Shown: positions 46,444-56,736 of the stretch, in pieces | How positions within the stretch are numbered: position 1 is the first letter of the stretch | Layout of the letters: every line of letters starts with the position of its first letter | IMG/VR virus record: IMGVR_UViG_3300000228_000004 | Span: 1 to 64,000 of that record | Source of the DNA: a virus | DNA length: 64,000 nucleotides | Strand: one strand, 5' to 3' | Notes under the pieces: generated by a model | Databases searched by the model: none | What the model was told of the DNA's origin: nothing | What the model saw: only the letters and a program-made list of their open reading frames with translations | Made by a program: the position numbers and the translations under genes

Positions 46444-48234
46444 TCATTCTTTTGTTTGACTTAAACCAATTTGTGAAAATTCACCTTTCACGAACCTAGA
46501 AAAAACTTCTTTTATCGTTCCAGATGTATCTAATTCTAATAATTGAACCACATTTCCACCGAGATCGTTGTGTTCTTGATAAACTTTCTTCGCAGTTGAA
46601 AGTCTCTCGTATTTTTTTTCTACTGCTTTAAGTTGGTTCATTTCTTCATCAGATTTACCAGTCCTGTTTTTAATTCTTACCAGTGCTTCTTCGTAGGAAG
46701 TACTTAAAAAAAGTACCACTGGCTTCCTTAGTGTCATATTCTTTAGTGTATCAAAATATGCAGCTATTGTATCTGATGGTATTGAACCCTCTAGATACAC
46801 GCTAAAATCACTGAACTCTTTCCTGTTTAATACTTCTATGGCATACATGATTTCTTTCTTCTTGAGCGTGTCACATCCCCCAAAATTAGATTCCACTCCA
46901 TAGTTACCCAAAGAGATGAAGTTATATTTCGGAAAAACCGTGAAAATGGTTTTCTTAAAATAATTTGAATAAATTTTATACGAAAGAGAATCAGTTGCAA
47001 GCATTTGCTTGGGGATAGTTGATTTTCCGGCACCGTTCCCCCCCTTGACATACATGAAAGTTGGTTCACTTTTTTTAATTATTTCAAAAAAACTTTCATC
47101 AAATTTTTCGACTGGTGTATCAAACCAGTCATCATATAAATTAGGCGCGTAAACTTCTTTCTTAACGATGTCGAGTTCGATGTCCCCAACGAAGTTGAAT
47201 GTTTCTTCGTACTCGTAAATTTCTACTTCAGTGGGCATCTTTCTATTCAAATTTTCGGCGGAAGTTTTAAGGTCTGGTACTGACCCAACTACCCAAAACA
47301 GGGTTTTATCGTTTATCAGTTCTGGGTGATTTTTTAATAGGTATTCGTAAACTTTCGCTTCATATCTATAATGAAATGTTATGTCATCTATTTGAATACC
47401 CTTAATGGTTTTAGAATACGGTTGTTTCGTGTCGTGCCAAATGAATTCAAACATCGATGTGTCAGCACCCATTAAAGAAAGCCTTTCAAACATATAGTCA
47501 CGCTTATCGACCCCCACATTTATGAGGTGTATTCTTTTCAATGCCTTTGGCGTATCTTTATCATCACTTAACCCCAATAATATAGAAGTTGCTGAATTCG
47601 CTGAGCCGAATGGTATGATTAGATCAGTGATAAAGGTTGGTATATTCTTTACCTGATGAGCGCCAACTTTATGGAAATCAGTTACCATCTTAGCTGAATT
47701 CACAGAAAGCCTATGATCCAGAGTGATATCTCTTTCAATGGTAAATGATTTCGGGAACTTTTCCATAACTTCCCCGACCCTCTTTTGTATATTCACATTA
47801 AACCCAGAGCCACTTGATATTTCATACTTAGTACCAAACATAGTCGCGAATAAAGGAAGTTGGTGTTTATTTATAGCGTCGAAACTTGTCCCACCAGCCA
47901 CTTGAATACACCGAAGCCCGTAATGCTCTGCCATTGCGGCAGCCATAATGGTCTGTGGTGATGAGTTGACATTCGTTGCGTGTATTACTGTATCAGCACC
48001 CGTTGGTCTATTTTCAAATAAGTGAAGGAGTTGTCTACACTTAGACCCGTTCGCGGTGTTTATCCCGAAAAGAGAGAATTTATCTTCTCTCTTATAGTAC
48101 ATACCATCTGATTTCTGTTCCACTGGGGTTAGTTCCCACATATAATCTTTCCACCGTTTACCTTCCGGAAGAGGAAAGGGTACAACGGAATCTCGTAAAT
48201 CTTCATTCAGTGTAATTCTTTCTGTCATAACCAC
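46444..48234 (-). CDS. Fold-type II PLP enzyme fused to a second 5-hmU-DNA-kinase-like domain
   Basis: LTPVE...KRED...NGSKCRQ, SPQ, IIPFGSANS, YEAK, LFWVVG; C-terminal KGGNGAGKST, LGNY....FGGCDT, LEG. Confidence 0.8.
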   Translation of the reverse strand: MVMTERITLNEDLRDSVVPFPLPEGKRWKDYMWELTPVEQKSDGMYYKREDKFSLFGINTANGSKCRQLLHLFENRPTGADTVIHATNVNSSPQTIMAAAMAEHYGLRCIQVAGGTSFDAINKHQLPLFATMFGTKYEISSGSGFNVNIQKRVGEVMEKFPKSFTIERDITLDHRLSVNSAKMVTDFHKVGAHQVKNIPTFITDLIIPFGSANSATSILLGLSDDKDTPKALKRIHLINVGVDKRDYMFERLSLMGADTSMFEFIWHDTKQPYSKTIKGIQIDDITFHYRYEAKVYEYLLKNHPELINDKTLFWVVGSVPDLKTSAENLNRKMPTEVEIYEYEETFNFVGDIELDIVKKEVYAPNLYDDWFDTPVEKFDESFFEIIKKSEPTFMYVKGGNGAGKSTIPKQMLATDSLSYKIYSNYFKKTIFTVFPKYNFISLGNYGVESNFGGCDTLKKKEIMYAIEVLNRKEFSDFSVYLEGSIPSDTIAAYFDTLKNMTLRKPVVLFLSTSYEEALVRIKNRTGKSDEEMNQLKAVEKKYERLSTAKKVYQEHNDLGGNVVQLLELDTSGTIKEVFSRFVKGEFSQIGLSQTKE

Positions 48235-49460
48235 TCACTTATTTGTTTTTCTATGGTTGGGGTGATTTTATTATTGGTTTTCTTCCCATACCATTCTTTT
48301 TCTTTTTCTTCGTGATTAATGAAGAAATTATTTTTAAAAACTGGGTTATAATTTTCCATCATAATAACTTCCCCTGTTTTCTTATACCAATTCTGTTTGA
48401 CCTTAACCAATCCTGGGTCATTCGGGTTATCTTCCATCCTAAGTTCAGAAGGAAGATATTTTCTTCTTGCTTCCCAAAAATCTTTGAAATCTATATCAGA
48501 CCCATCAATTTCTTTCCAATCCCTTGTTTCTGCTTTTTTTATTCTATCATGGAACATATCATTATAAACATTAGGATATCTTCTATTTTCCCTGTGCCAA
48601 CTCTTATAGCAACAAAGCGTGGACTCAAGGGTGAAGTAGTTCACATCTTCAAAGAACGGTTCTTGTGAAAATCTTTCCTTGGCATCTGATAATAGTACCG
48701 CGCCCTCTTTTTCTAGCCAAATCATAACTTCTTTGTTATGCCCGTTGACTATTTCTGTTGGTAAATCTTGGTTATCTTTTCTAACATCAAGATCATCCCT
48801 ACCACTCACTACACAAAGACCGTTCCGGTGTGATTTTGAACCAGATTTATCATAAATGAAGAGACTACCGCAATCTATGTTTAATCCCATAATTTTAAGA
48901 TACTCAAGGTATGAAAATGTTGAAAGCCTTCCATACATAAAAAAATCGTTAAAAACGGTATCCCAAACTTTTTCAAAATTTCCATAAACATCACCAGTAT
49001 CACAAAGGTCTGAAAAATACCCTTCTTGCGTTTTACCACCCAATAATTCTAGGTAATTTTGGTACATTTCAATGAAGTGACCCTTTTGGTATCTTCTGTC
49101 GATATCATAGTCGAGGTTTTTCCAATATTCTCTATGCCATTTTTCCATGTCTTCTATAGAAGAAGACCTTAAAGAAGGGAAATGTTTAAATAACACCCAG
49201 GAAGTGAGTGGGTTTTGTGTTGCTCCGTTTATAAACGCGAACCACAATCTTGTCTCAAAATCCCAATCATGTTTCTTAGCCAAGAAAGGCATCACATAAT
49301 ATACTGCCCCTGGATGAGATTTATACTTTAAATGGAACCCATAAAAATTAAGGAAAACTTCTCTTCTATATTCAGGCAACCGAAAATCAACGCCCTCTGC
49401 TAATTCCCTTTCTTCGACCCCATTTATGTGACAAAATCTACCCAATACCATTGATATCAC
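48225..49460 (-). CDS. Amino acid:DNA transferase (aGPT-Pplase clade 2-like)
   Basis: WFAFING.TQNP, D.DRRYQKG, YGRLSTFSYLEYL, SHRNGL, TLESTLC.YKS, RRYP.VY.D. Confidence 0.78.
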   Translation of the reverse strand: MISMVLGRFCHINGVEERELAEGVDFRLPEYRREVFLNFYGFHLKYKSHPGAVYYVMPFLAKKHDWDFETRLWFAFINGATQNPLTSWVLFKHFPSLRSSSIEDMEKWHREYWKNLDYDIDRRYQKGHFIEMYQNYLELLGGKTQEGYFSDLCDTGDVYGNFEKVWDTVFNDFFMYGRLSTFSYLEYLKIMGLNIDCGSLFIYDKSGSKSHRNGLCVVSGRDDLDVRKDNQDLPTEIVNGHNKEVMIWLEKEGAVLLSDAKERFSQEPFFEDVNYFTLESTLCCYKSWHRENRRYPNVYNDMFHDRIKKAETRDWKEIDGSDIDFKDFWEARRKYLPSELRMEDNPNDPGLVKVKQNWYKKTGEVIMMENYNPVFKNNFFINHEEKEKEWYGKKTNNKITPTIEKQISEWL

Positions 49461-49983
49461 CTTTTATGAATTCATAAATTTCCACCCATTCAACATAAGG
49501 GAATTCGTCACTGGGCGAGTTAAGGAAACTTTTAATTTGAAAAACTTTAGAATGAGGGGAAACATCCCTACAATATTTCTTATAGTCATCAACGAAATAA
49601 TCACATCTCACGAATTTCTTATCAGAAGTGGACACAAACCCCTTAGAGTATGGGAAATTTCTTCTTATGAAATGTCGTTTCGATTCTTCATGCTCTGGGA
49701 TACAACTTGATACGAATATTATACCAATACCGAGTTCGTGGATTTTTTGTAAGTATATTTTAGCATGTTCAAATGCTTCTAATTTATCATATAACTTAGG
49801 GTCTCTCCAAAATTTCATTGGGTCATTATGATTTTTCATCAAGGTTTCTAGGTCATTATTCTCAGATGAAAGTGACCCTAAATCATCCCCAGTCAAATCT
49901 TTGTACCAATTTACCCAAGGGGTAACTGAGTCAACCACTGTTAAATCAACATCGACCGCGATTATTTTATTCATTTCAGACAT
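49438..49983 (-). CDS. HAD 5'(3')-deoxyribonucleotidase
   Basis: IAVDVDLTVVD, FVSS, K..., DYFVDD. Confidence 0.82.
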   Translation of the reverse strand: MSEMNKIIAVDVDLTVVDSVTPWVNWYKDLTGDDLGSLSSENNDLETLMKNHNDPMKFWRDPKLYDKLEAFEHAKIYLQKIHELGIGIIFVSSCIPEHEESKRHFIRRNFPYSKGFVSTSDKKFVRCDYFVDDYKKYCRDVSPHSKVFQIKSFLNSPSDEFPYVEWVEIYEFIKGDINGIG

Positions 49984-50106
49984 TTTTCACCTTTTTGTTC
50001 ATTTTACTAAAGTAACCTTTCAGAAACCTTAAATCTTTTTAATAAACCACGCTTAGTATGTTTCATAGATTTAAGGTCAGTATAAGTTTCAGTTCCGACT
50101 TTAATT

Positions 50107-50748
50107 TTATTTGAATAATTTGGTGTTATCTTCGTTACCATTTTCATCAAATTTTGCATATGCATCAGCTGATTCAGTATAACCGCCGTCAACTCTTTCG
50201 TGGTTCAGTTTATTCTTCCCCATATATAATTGATACATATATTCAGGTGTCATATTCGCGTACCACCCAAGTGAATTTATCAGGTACACGAACGCGGTCA
50301 ATGATTCTTCCCTTTGGTCTAAAAGAGAAGATAATGAAAATGAATTGATATCTAACATCAATCCACTAGATAAATTTTCCCCATTTTCATCAAATTCCGC
50401 TTTAGAGAACTCCTCGTGGCAAGAAATATAATCACCTAACAATTGTTCTATATTAGACCCGTAATTCATAATCAATACACTGATCGCAAAGTGGATAATA
50501 TCAACTGCTTCTACTTGCATGTTATTAAAGTCATTCTCTAGGAAAATTTTCCACCACTTCCAACCAGTTCCTGTATCACCAGTCCTAGGGGAACTTTCCA
50601 ATAGTTCCCCTAACTCAGCCATCATTGCTGAAATAAAGTGTGATTTTGGGATAATCTCAGCCCAATCTTCCCCTGAATACTTCTCATTTAATAATACCTG
50701 TGCGCTCAAAATTTCACTAAATTCATTTACTTTCATTATGTTAAACAT
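50107..50748 (-). CDS. dut: Dimeric (all-alpha) dUTPase
   Basis: Q..LN, AELGELLES, WKWWK, VEAVDIIHF, Y..KN.LN.ER...GY. Confidence 0.88.
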   Translation of the reverse strand: MFNIMKVNEFSEILSAQVLLNEKYSGEDWAEIIPKSHFISAMMAELGELLESSPRTGDTGTGWKWWKIFLENDFNNMQVEAVDIIHFAISVLIMNYGSNIEQLLGDYISCHEEFSKAEFDENGENLSSGLMLDINSFSLSSLLDQREESLTAFVYLINSLGWYANMTPEYMYQLYMGKNKLNHERVDGGYTESADAYAKFDENGNEDNTKLFK

Positions 50749-50759
50749 TATTTTTCCTT

Positions 50760-51189
50760 TTATTTATGATTTGAAGTACTCAGTACTTCACCGTCCTTAT
50801 CAACCCATTTTCTCAGTTTGAAATCCAGTATATACATAGTTTTATCTGAATTTTCTTTGGCATCAATCGTGTGTTTTGTGCCCTTAGATTCCCCATCCCA
50901 GATAACCAAGAACATACCCGAATTATCCCAGATGGTTTTGTTTCTTATAAAACCAGCACTTTCCATATTTTTCCCAATCAGCTGGGTAAATTTCAGTGGG
51001 AATATCATTTACTTCAGTATAATATTCAGCCATAGAATCTATCCCTCTTGCGCCACCTGATACTATAGTGTCAAATTGTGTTTTTAAACGCATAGAGTCT
51101 AAAATTTTTACCAAAAGGTCAAAATCTTCAAACCCACGGGAACCAATGACCGCTAATCTTATCACGGGGGGGAGAACCACTTTTTTCAA
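50760..51189 (-). pseudogene. Frameshifted SLOG-family (YspA/DUF2493-like) gene
   Basis: AVIGSR, VSGGARGIDS, ADWEKYGK then, in another frame, SAGFIRN...WDGESKGT; break near 50960. Confidence 0.75.
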
Positions 51190-51206
51190 TCACTGTCTCA
51201 TCCTTA

Positions 51207-52388
51207 TCAATGCGTTTTCAACCACTCATCGGTTTGTTTTATTTCAGTATCTGAATCATTTGGATTTCGTTTATACCTATTTCTTGGTCTTCCAGTTTTC
51301 TGTTTCACAGAGACTATTTTTTGTAATTCACAGAAACTGTTTTCACACATCATAACATTTAATTTTCGATCTTCCTCTGGTAAATGGTCAAAAAGTTCAC
51401 TATAATCAATGTGAAGTCCGCGTTTTTCCCATTCAGTCTCTATATTATCCCTGACCCAGAATAATGCTTCTTCGTGGGTCATACCGTCCCTGTCTTCCAT
51501 TAAAAGGTCTATCCCTCTATCACATCCTGGCCCAGACACTACGAATTCATTTTCACTGAACTTGAATTCTGGTATATATGTTAAGTCAACAAATACTTGG
51601 TACGCCAAAAACCCAGCCAATCCTGGGATTTCTCTCAAAATATTGAATACTTCCTCTTGAGTATTCGCCCCTTGAACTCGAGTGGATATATCCGTGTTTT
51701 TAACCCATTGTATCATGTGTATCATCCTAGTTGGCATATTTTTTTCTACACCAACTATTTCATACCCTTCATTTTCTTTAATATACCCCTTTGCTTCTTT
51801 CCAGGTCATTTCTTCTGTGTCAATATGACCTTCTTTTCTTACCTCAACCACCATACCCGAATTCGTGCATTCGTACTCTAATGTTTTAGGGAAAGCCCAA
51901 CTTGCTTTGAGCCCACCAGTGTTAAATGCTGGTGTGAAAAATGCATATTTCGGATTTTCTTTAGCATATTCGATAAATATTTCACGGAACGCGTCTATGT
52001 CTAAATTGTCAAAATCTTCTATGTAACCACCAAATAATTCTGATGTACTAGACTTGTTATATGTTCTGAAGAAGATAGAATTGAGGATCTTTACTTCTAG
52101 TGTTAGATTCGGGTTTGTGCTAATATTCTTAATCAACCATTTAGACTCTCTATCGAGTTCACGCCTTACATTAGTGAATCTATAATTCTTGAACACTTCA
52201 TCGTCTGTCCATTCTTGTTGTGGTAATTTTTCAATTTCTTTTCTTTTGTGTATATTGTGTCTTTCAGACATGAACAAATTATGATATCTTAGCACCTCTT
52301 CATTTAAAATCGGTTTCGCGTTTTTTATCTTTTCGATATCAACACCACAATATCTAATATCGGCTTCCTTTGTTTTCATTAAAACCAT
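51207..52388 (-). CDS. aGPT-Pplase clade 1-like DNA base hypermodification enzyme (HhH glycosylase-like fold)
   Basis: ER..I..RK...WTDD.V...YRFTNVRRELDR, FR.YN, G..GFLAYQV..DL, GPG..RG, EN.FCE..K. Confidence 0.82.
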   Translation of the reverse strand: MVLMKTKEADIRYCGVDIEKIKNAKPILNEEVLRYHNLFMSERHNIHKRKEIEKLPQQEWTDDEVFKNYRFTNVRRELDRESKWLIKNISTNPNLTLEVKILNSIFFRTYNKSSTSELFGGYIEDFDNLDIDAFREIFIEYAKENPKYAFFTPAFNTGGLKASWAFPKTLEYECTNSGMVVEVRKEGHIDTEEMTWKEAKGYIKENEGYEIVGVEKNMPTRMIHMIQWVKNTDISTRVQGANTQEEVFNILREIPGLAGFLAYQVFVDLTYIPEFKFSENEFVVSGPGCDRGIDLLMEDRDGMTHEEALFWVRDNIETEWEKRGLHIDYSELFDHLPEEDRKLNVMMCENSFCELQKIVSVKQKTGRPRNRYKRNPNDSDTEIKQTDEWLKTH

Positions 52389-53548
52389 TCCTCAAGTTTA
52401 AAATTTTGCTTCATATCATAACCAACTGCTTCTAACATAAGGTTAAGTGGTGATATGAAATAATCTTCCCACATTTTACCCCTATCAACATATTTTTCAA
52501 GCCCAGAGTCTGTTATAAAGTCAGAATCTAGAAACCCGATTATATCATCACCTAAAATGTTGGGTTTCTTTAAAATACAATATTTTATTTTATCACTGTC
52601 TGTTATTTTAGGGTATTTGGATAACCCAGTTCTTTCTAAAAAAATATTGTAATTCATTGCCGCCCTTACATTCATTGGCGCAGTTAAAATTTTTCCATTT
52701 TTCTTAGTGGTGAATTTACCTATACCCCCCTTATAATCCAAAGACCCGATACCAGAAACCCTGCATATGTCACCCAATGGTGCTTTGTAGAATTTCTCTT
52801 CTATCTCAGATATAGAAGCAATCGTTTCTTTTGCATCGTTATCTAGAATTACATTCACCATATCTTTGAGATATTTCCTACAAAAGGGCGGAGTAGAAGA
52901 TCGTACTATCTCCAACCCAGTGACCGCCAATTTAGGGTCATCGACAAGTATAGACCCTTCGTCCCAAACGGCACGCAAAGCATATTTTTTCTTTGCAACA
53001 AACATCCCTTTATCGGCAATTTTTTCAAGTTTTGCCCCGATGGGCTTGGCACTAAATGCGTTGAAATTGTCTGAGAAAGAATCTATGTATTCTTGGACCC
53101 ATACATCGAGGTATTTATGATCAAAATTAACAAGTTTATCAAGTATTTCGTGATTATTAGCGGTGTCGAATTTTTTTACTAATTCATTAAGAGTAAAATA
53201 CACAGAGTCGGTGTCACCATAAACTACAAAGTCAATATTGGTATTAAGAACACTTCGTAACTTCCCATTTACATAATTCGCCAATCCTTGTATAAATATC
53301 CTACCGTTCCCAGTGATACTTGCAGCAACATCTCGATTGAATAGTAAAAAGTGTATATTTGCTAGAGCACCATATAATGAGTTCATCGAAATCTTTAGAG
53401 CCATCTGATATACATCGAAATAAGCAATTCTAGTGTCTATATATTTCATATCTGCCGTTAAACCACTAACATCCAAATCGTTGATTTTATCAATCGTCAT
53501 TGAACCGTCTTCTATACCATCGTAAATTTCTTCTATTGTCATGTTCAC
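52379..53548 (-). CDS. gp43: Family B DNA polymerase, C-terminal piece (fingers helix, palm, thumb)
   Basis: QMALKISMNSLYG, YGDTDS, KKKYA, GLEIVRSSTP. Confidence 0.92.
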   Translation of the reverse strand: MNMTIEEIYDGIEDGSMTIDKINDLDVSGLTADMKYIDTRIAYFDVYQMALKISMNSLYGALANIHFLLFNRDVAASITGNGRIFIQGLANYVNGKLRSVLNTNIDFVVYGDTDSVYFTLNELVKKFDTANNHEILDKLVNFDHKYLDVWVQEYIDSFSDNFNAFSAKPIGAKLEKIADKGMFVAKKKYALRAVWDEGSILVDDPKLAVTGLEIVRSSTPPFCRKYLKDMVNVILDNDAKETIASISEIEEKFYKAPLGDICRVSGIGSLDYKGGIGKFTTKKNGKILTAPMNVRAAMNYNIFLERTGLSKYPKITDSDKIKYCILKKPNILGDDIIGFLDSDFITDSGLEKYVDRGKMWEDYFISPLNLMLEAVGYDMKQNFKLEEWF

Positions 53549-53959
53549 CTCTTAATTAAGTTAAATTATAGTAAAAATGACTTAATTAAAACTTAATTAA
53601 CAATCATTAAAGAACCGTCACTCGACGGTATTATTCTTTTCTACTTTACCGCAGTAATTTTCCTCAGCTGTCACATTTTATGCTTAACAAAAATACCATC
53701 AATCTTGCTCTTCCCAATTACCCCAATCGTTATTCTGATATGCATTAAACCCTTCTGACCATAATATGGCTAGAACTCGTTTCGAAATGTCCTTGTAAAC
53801 ATTAAATGAGTCAGCTTCAAAAAGGGTCACAAAGGGCGAGTGTCAATTTTTCTCGAACCCCGACCACTTTCAAGGCATAGATCAGCAACTCTTTCAGCTT
53901 CTTCCTGAAGCATTTTTTCAAATTGAGTAAATGTATTCACGCCACATCCTCACAATTCA

Positions 53960-54268
53960 TTAAGCTACTTTCTTTTCAGCCATATAAGTTTCTATTTCTT
54001 CTTGAGTAAGAACTCCTTCTGAGTATATAATACCAGAATAACCGTCACTAGCAGCATTATTTTTAGCGTTGTAAATGTTTGTTATAAGTGAACCGATACT
54101 TTTAGGGCTTCTGTTGATTTTCTTGTTACCCTTTTCATGTTCCCAAGACTGCCCTACCTCTAACACATAACTGAAATATTTGATCAACTCTTCTAGAGTA
54201 CCGATTTCTGAGGGATAATCTCTTCCTGATTTTCTCTGGTTGATTTTGAATATTTTTACTTTTGCCAT
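53960..54268 (-). CDS. Hypothetical early protein
   Basis: GTLEELIKYFSY.LEVG.SW..EKGNKKIN..PK motif; follows a promoter. Confidence 0.65.
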   Translation of the reverse strand: MAKVKIFKINQRKSGRDYPSEIGTLEELIKYFSYVLEVGQSWEHEKGNKKINRSPKSIGSLITNIYNAKNNAASDGYSGIIYSEGVLTQEEIETYMAEKKVA

Positions 54269-54300
54269 TTTAGACCCTTTATGTTTAATTATTATATAAT

Positions 54301-54333
54301 ATTATACCGTAAGTTAGCTTAAACCTTGCTTAA
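54301..54333 (-). promoter_or_regulatory. Conserved early promoter
   Basis: TTTAAGCTAACTTACGGTATAAT; part of a direct repeat with 57066..57129. Confidence 0.78.
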
Positions 54334-54577
54334 TTTTAAAAAATTCCACTTATTTATGCATCGACTTCTTTCAATTTACCCTGAAGTACCTCATATATAA
54401 GCATGCGTCTTCTAGGAAGTTTAATTCTTTTTGAGATATGCCGAAATCTCAAGAAGTTTCGTTAATCTCTTTTATGGTCATTTCACCATTTTCTATTTTC
54501 AGACAAAGTTCATTGAAATCCATTTAATAAACCTTACATTATTTTCATCTATTATACCAAAAAATATTAAAGTTTGC

Positions 54578-54817
54578 TTAATACTGGTCTTCACCTGGAT
54601 ACTGATTTCCAAAACCTTGGATGGTACTGACTCCTTCTGAATTTAGGATTATCCTAATTCTTCTGTAAATTTCGTTTGTCACATCTATCGAATTTACGTC
54701 GAATATTGAAATGATCTGAAGAACATTTACCTTAGTTTGGCCACAGCCGTCTAAATATACATCGACTACCCTTTCAGCTTCGGCTTGTATCATTTGTTCA
54801 AGTTCAGAAATACGCAT
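54578..54817 (-). CDS. Hypothetical protein (a degenerate paralog lies near 53825-53940)
   Basis: GAGGGG RBS; EQMIQAEAERV versus EKMLQEEAERV in the remnant. Confidence 0.55.
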   Translation of the reverse strand: MRISELEQMIQAEAERVVDVYLDGCGQTKVNVLQIISIFDVNSIDVTNEIYRRIRIILNSEGVSTIQGFGNQYPGEDQY

Positions 54818-54903
54818 TTGCCCCTCGATAAAAATTTATAATATTTACACCGAATATAGTTTATTGAGATTAATAACCATTCGTGATCTCATTTCTTTGT
54901 TTT

Positions 54904-55359
54904 TTAAAGTTCTTCCTCTATCGCGGTTTCTTCTATCTTACATATAAACAGTGCACCCTCTTCTTTACCTTCCTCTCCTGTATAAAAACCACTTGTGATA
55001 AAATAATTACAAGTTTCACTGTCGTATATAACCCACTTCCACTTAGTCACCGTTTTCGGTTTTATGCGATAAGAATACTCAGCATATAGATGCTGAGTGA
55101 ACATATCCAAATCAGTGAGTGTAGTTATTTCCCACTCTCCGTGCAGTGTATTGAGCCATTCAATTTGCGTTTTGTCATCTACGAATTGCTTTCGTAGTGA
55201 TGCATATTCATCGTCTAGTATGTAGATTAAATCCTTATCCCAGCTTGGTAATGTTGTTACATCCCAAAGTTCATCAGTTGGCATCTTACACCATACTATT
55301 GTTCCAACTGGACTATTTGCGAATTTAATCATCTCTTCTTTATGTACTCTGCCCATCAT
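54904..55359 (-). CDS. Tandem paralog family member 3
   Basis: H..E...A..P.GT.VW, YI.DD...RKQF.D, YRIKPKTVTKWKWVI, ICKIEET. Confidence 0.7.
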   Translation of the reverse strand: MMGRVHKEEMIKFANSPVGTIVWCKMPTDELWDVTTLPSWDKDLIYILDDEYASLRKQFVDDKTQIEWLNTLHGEWEITTLTDLDMFTQHLYAEYSYRIKPKTVTKWKWVIYDSETCNYFITSGFYTGEEGKEEGALFICKIEETAIEEEL

Positions 55360-55805
55360 TCAACTTCCTTTCTTGTTTCTTCTATCTTACATATAAAAAA
55401 TGCGTTACCATTACCTTCCTCTCCTGTATAAAAACCACTTGTGATAAAATAATTACGAGTTTCACTGTCGTATATAACCCACTTCCACTTAGTCACCGTT
55501 TTTGGTTTTATGCGGTAACAGTCTGATGTATGATTCCACAAGAACCCATCAAATTTTAACAGATTTTCAAAATTGTTTGGAACCCATTTACTTGAACACT
55601 CATCATATATCTCAATCTGTGATGCATTATCTATGAATTGCTTTCGTATTTCTGAGTGCTCGTCATCTACGATGTAGTGGAAATTATTATACCATCCTGG
55701 TTCTACTACCTTAACCCACTCTGTGTGCCTTTTTTCCCTATACCAAACATTTGTACCATCAGGTCTATCCGCCCATCTATTAATTTCTCTTCTATGGTGT
55801 TTCAT
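55356..55805 (-). CDS. Tandem paralog family member 2
   Basis: Same motifs as its neighbours. Confidence 0.7.
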   Translation of the reverse strand: MKHHRREINRWADRPDGTNVWYREKRHTEWVKVVEPGWYNNFHYIVDDEHSEIRKQFIDNASQIEIYDECSSKWVPNNFENLLKFDGFLWNHTSDCYRIKPKTVTKWKWVIYDSETRNYFITSGFYTGEEGNGNAFFICKIEETRKEVE

Positions 55806-56266
55806 ACTTCAAACTCTCTTTCAGTTTCTTCGATTTTACAAACAAATATATGGAATTTACTTTTTGAACCATCTACATAGTAACCATTTGATATTCTATG
55901 TTCATTCGTTAAGATATCTTTTATAACCCACTTCCACATAGTTACCGTTTTCGGTTTTACCCGATACCTATGCCCCATATCAAGAAATTTCGTTAGGCTA
56001 TCTAGCTCCCGTCTATCAGTTGCTACCCACTTATCATCGATATAGTGGTGCCACTCGACCCTTGTCGGGTCATCAAGGAATTGCTTTCGTATTTTAGCGT
56101 GTTTGTCATCTACTATGTATAAGAGATCTGTATTCCAACTCGGGTGGGCTGTTAGTATCCACTCCAGTTCATTTTGTCTTTTAAACCATACACCAGTTGC
56201 TTCTGGTGCGTCAGCCCAGCGTATTATTTCACTTCTATGCTTTTTCATCTTTTGAATATCCCCCAT
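55802..56266 (-). CDS. Tandem paralog family member 1
   Basis: Same motifs as its neighbours. Confidence 0.7.
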   Translation of the reverse strand: MGDIQKMKKHRSEIIRWADAPEATGVWFKRQNELEWILTAHPSWNTDLLYIVDDKHAKIRKQFLDDPTRVEWHHYIDDKWVATDRRELDSLTKFLDMGHRYRVKPKTVTMWKWVIKDILTNEHRISNGYYVDGSKSKFHIFVCKIEETEREFEV

Positions 56267-56472
56267 GATTTTAATAGCGTATATTCCAGTTCGGTGATAT
56301 CACTTATTTCTCCCCGAGACAGTGAGATTCACTAATCTTATATCCTGCTTCCTGGAGCTTTTTAATCGCTTTTTCTATTTTCATTTTTTATCCTCTGAAT
56401 CTTTCAGGGCATACTCTGTTCCCGTTCCGTACCTGTTTGTCTTTTGCTCGATACCTTTGTACATCAGGTATA

Positions 56473-56736
56473 TCAGTCCAATTTTAATTCAAATTTGGTA
56501 CAACCATTGCAGTATTCAAGTATCATTGAACAATCACCGTCTATAATGCTGCAATATTCGATAGACATGAACCCTTCACAGTTTTTGCAGTTTATGCTTT
56601 TATCAAACCCATCATAGTTTTCTATTGTGAAATCTACCACATCATGTAACATCAAACTCATAACCCTTGGTTGGTCAACCAATATAAATTTATTTTTTAT
56701 TTCATCTACTGTCATCTTATATCTCCAAAAGTTCAC
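56473..56736 (-). CDS. Small Cys-rich protein
   Basis: CKNC...C...C...C..C. Confidence 0.5.
   Translation of the reverse strand: MNFWRYKMTVDEIKNKFILVDQPRVMSLMLHDVVDFTIENYDGFDKSINCKNCEGFMSIEYCSIIDGDCSMILEYCNGCTKFELKLD

Noticed and set aside
51166-51172. G7 tract (also near 63387) as a phase-variation switch
   Set aside because: The tracts are short and in frame, and the observed frameshifts are not at these tracts.
54904-56266. Diversity-generating retroelement template/variable repeat pair
   Set aside because: No reverse transcriptase in the window; both copies are coding and differ at only about 2 sites.
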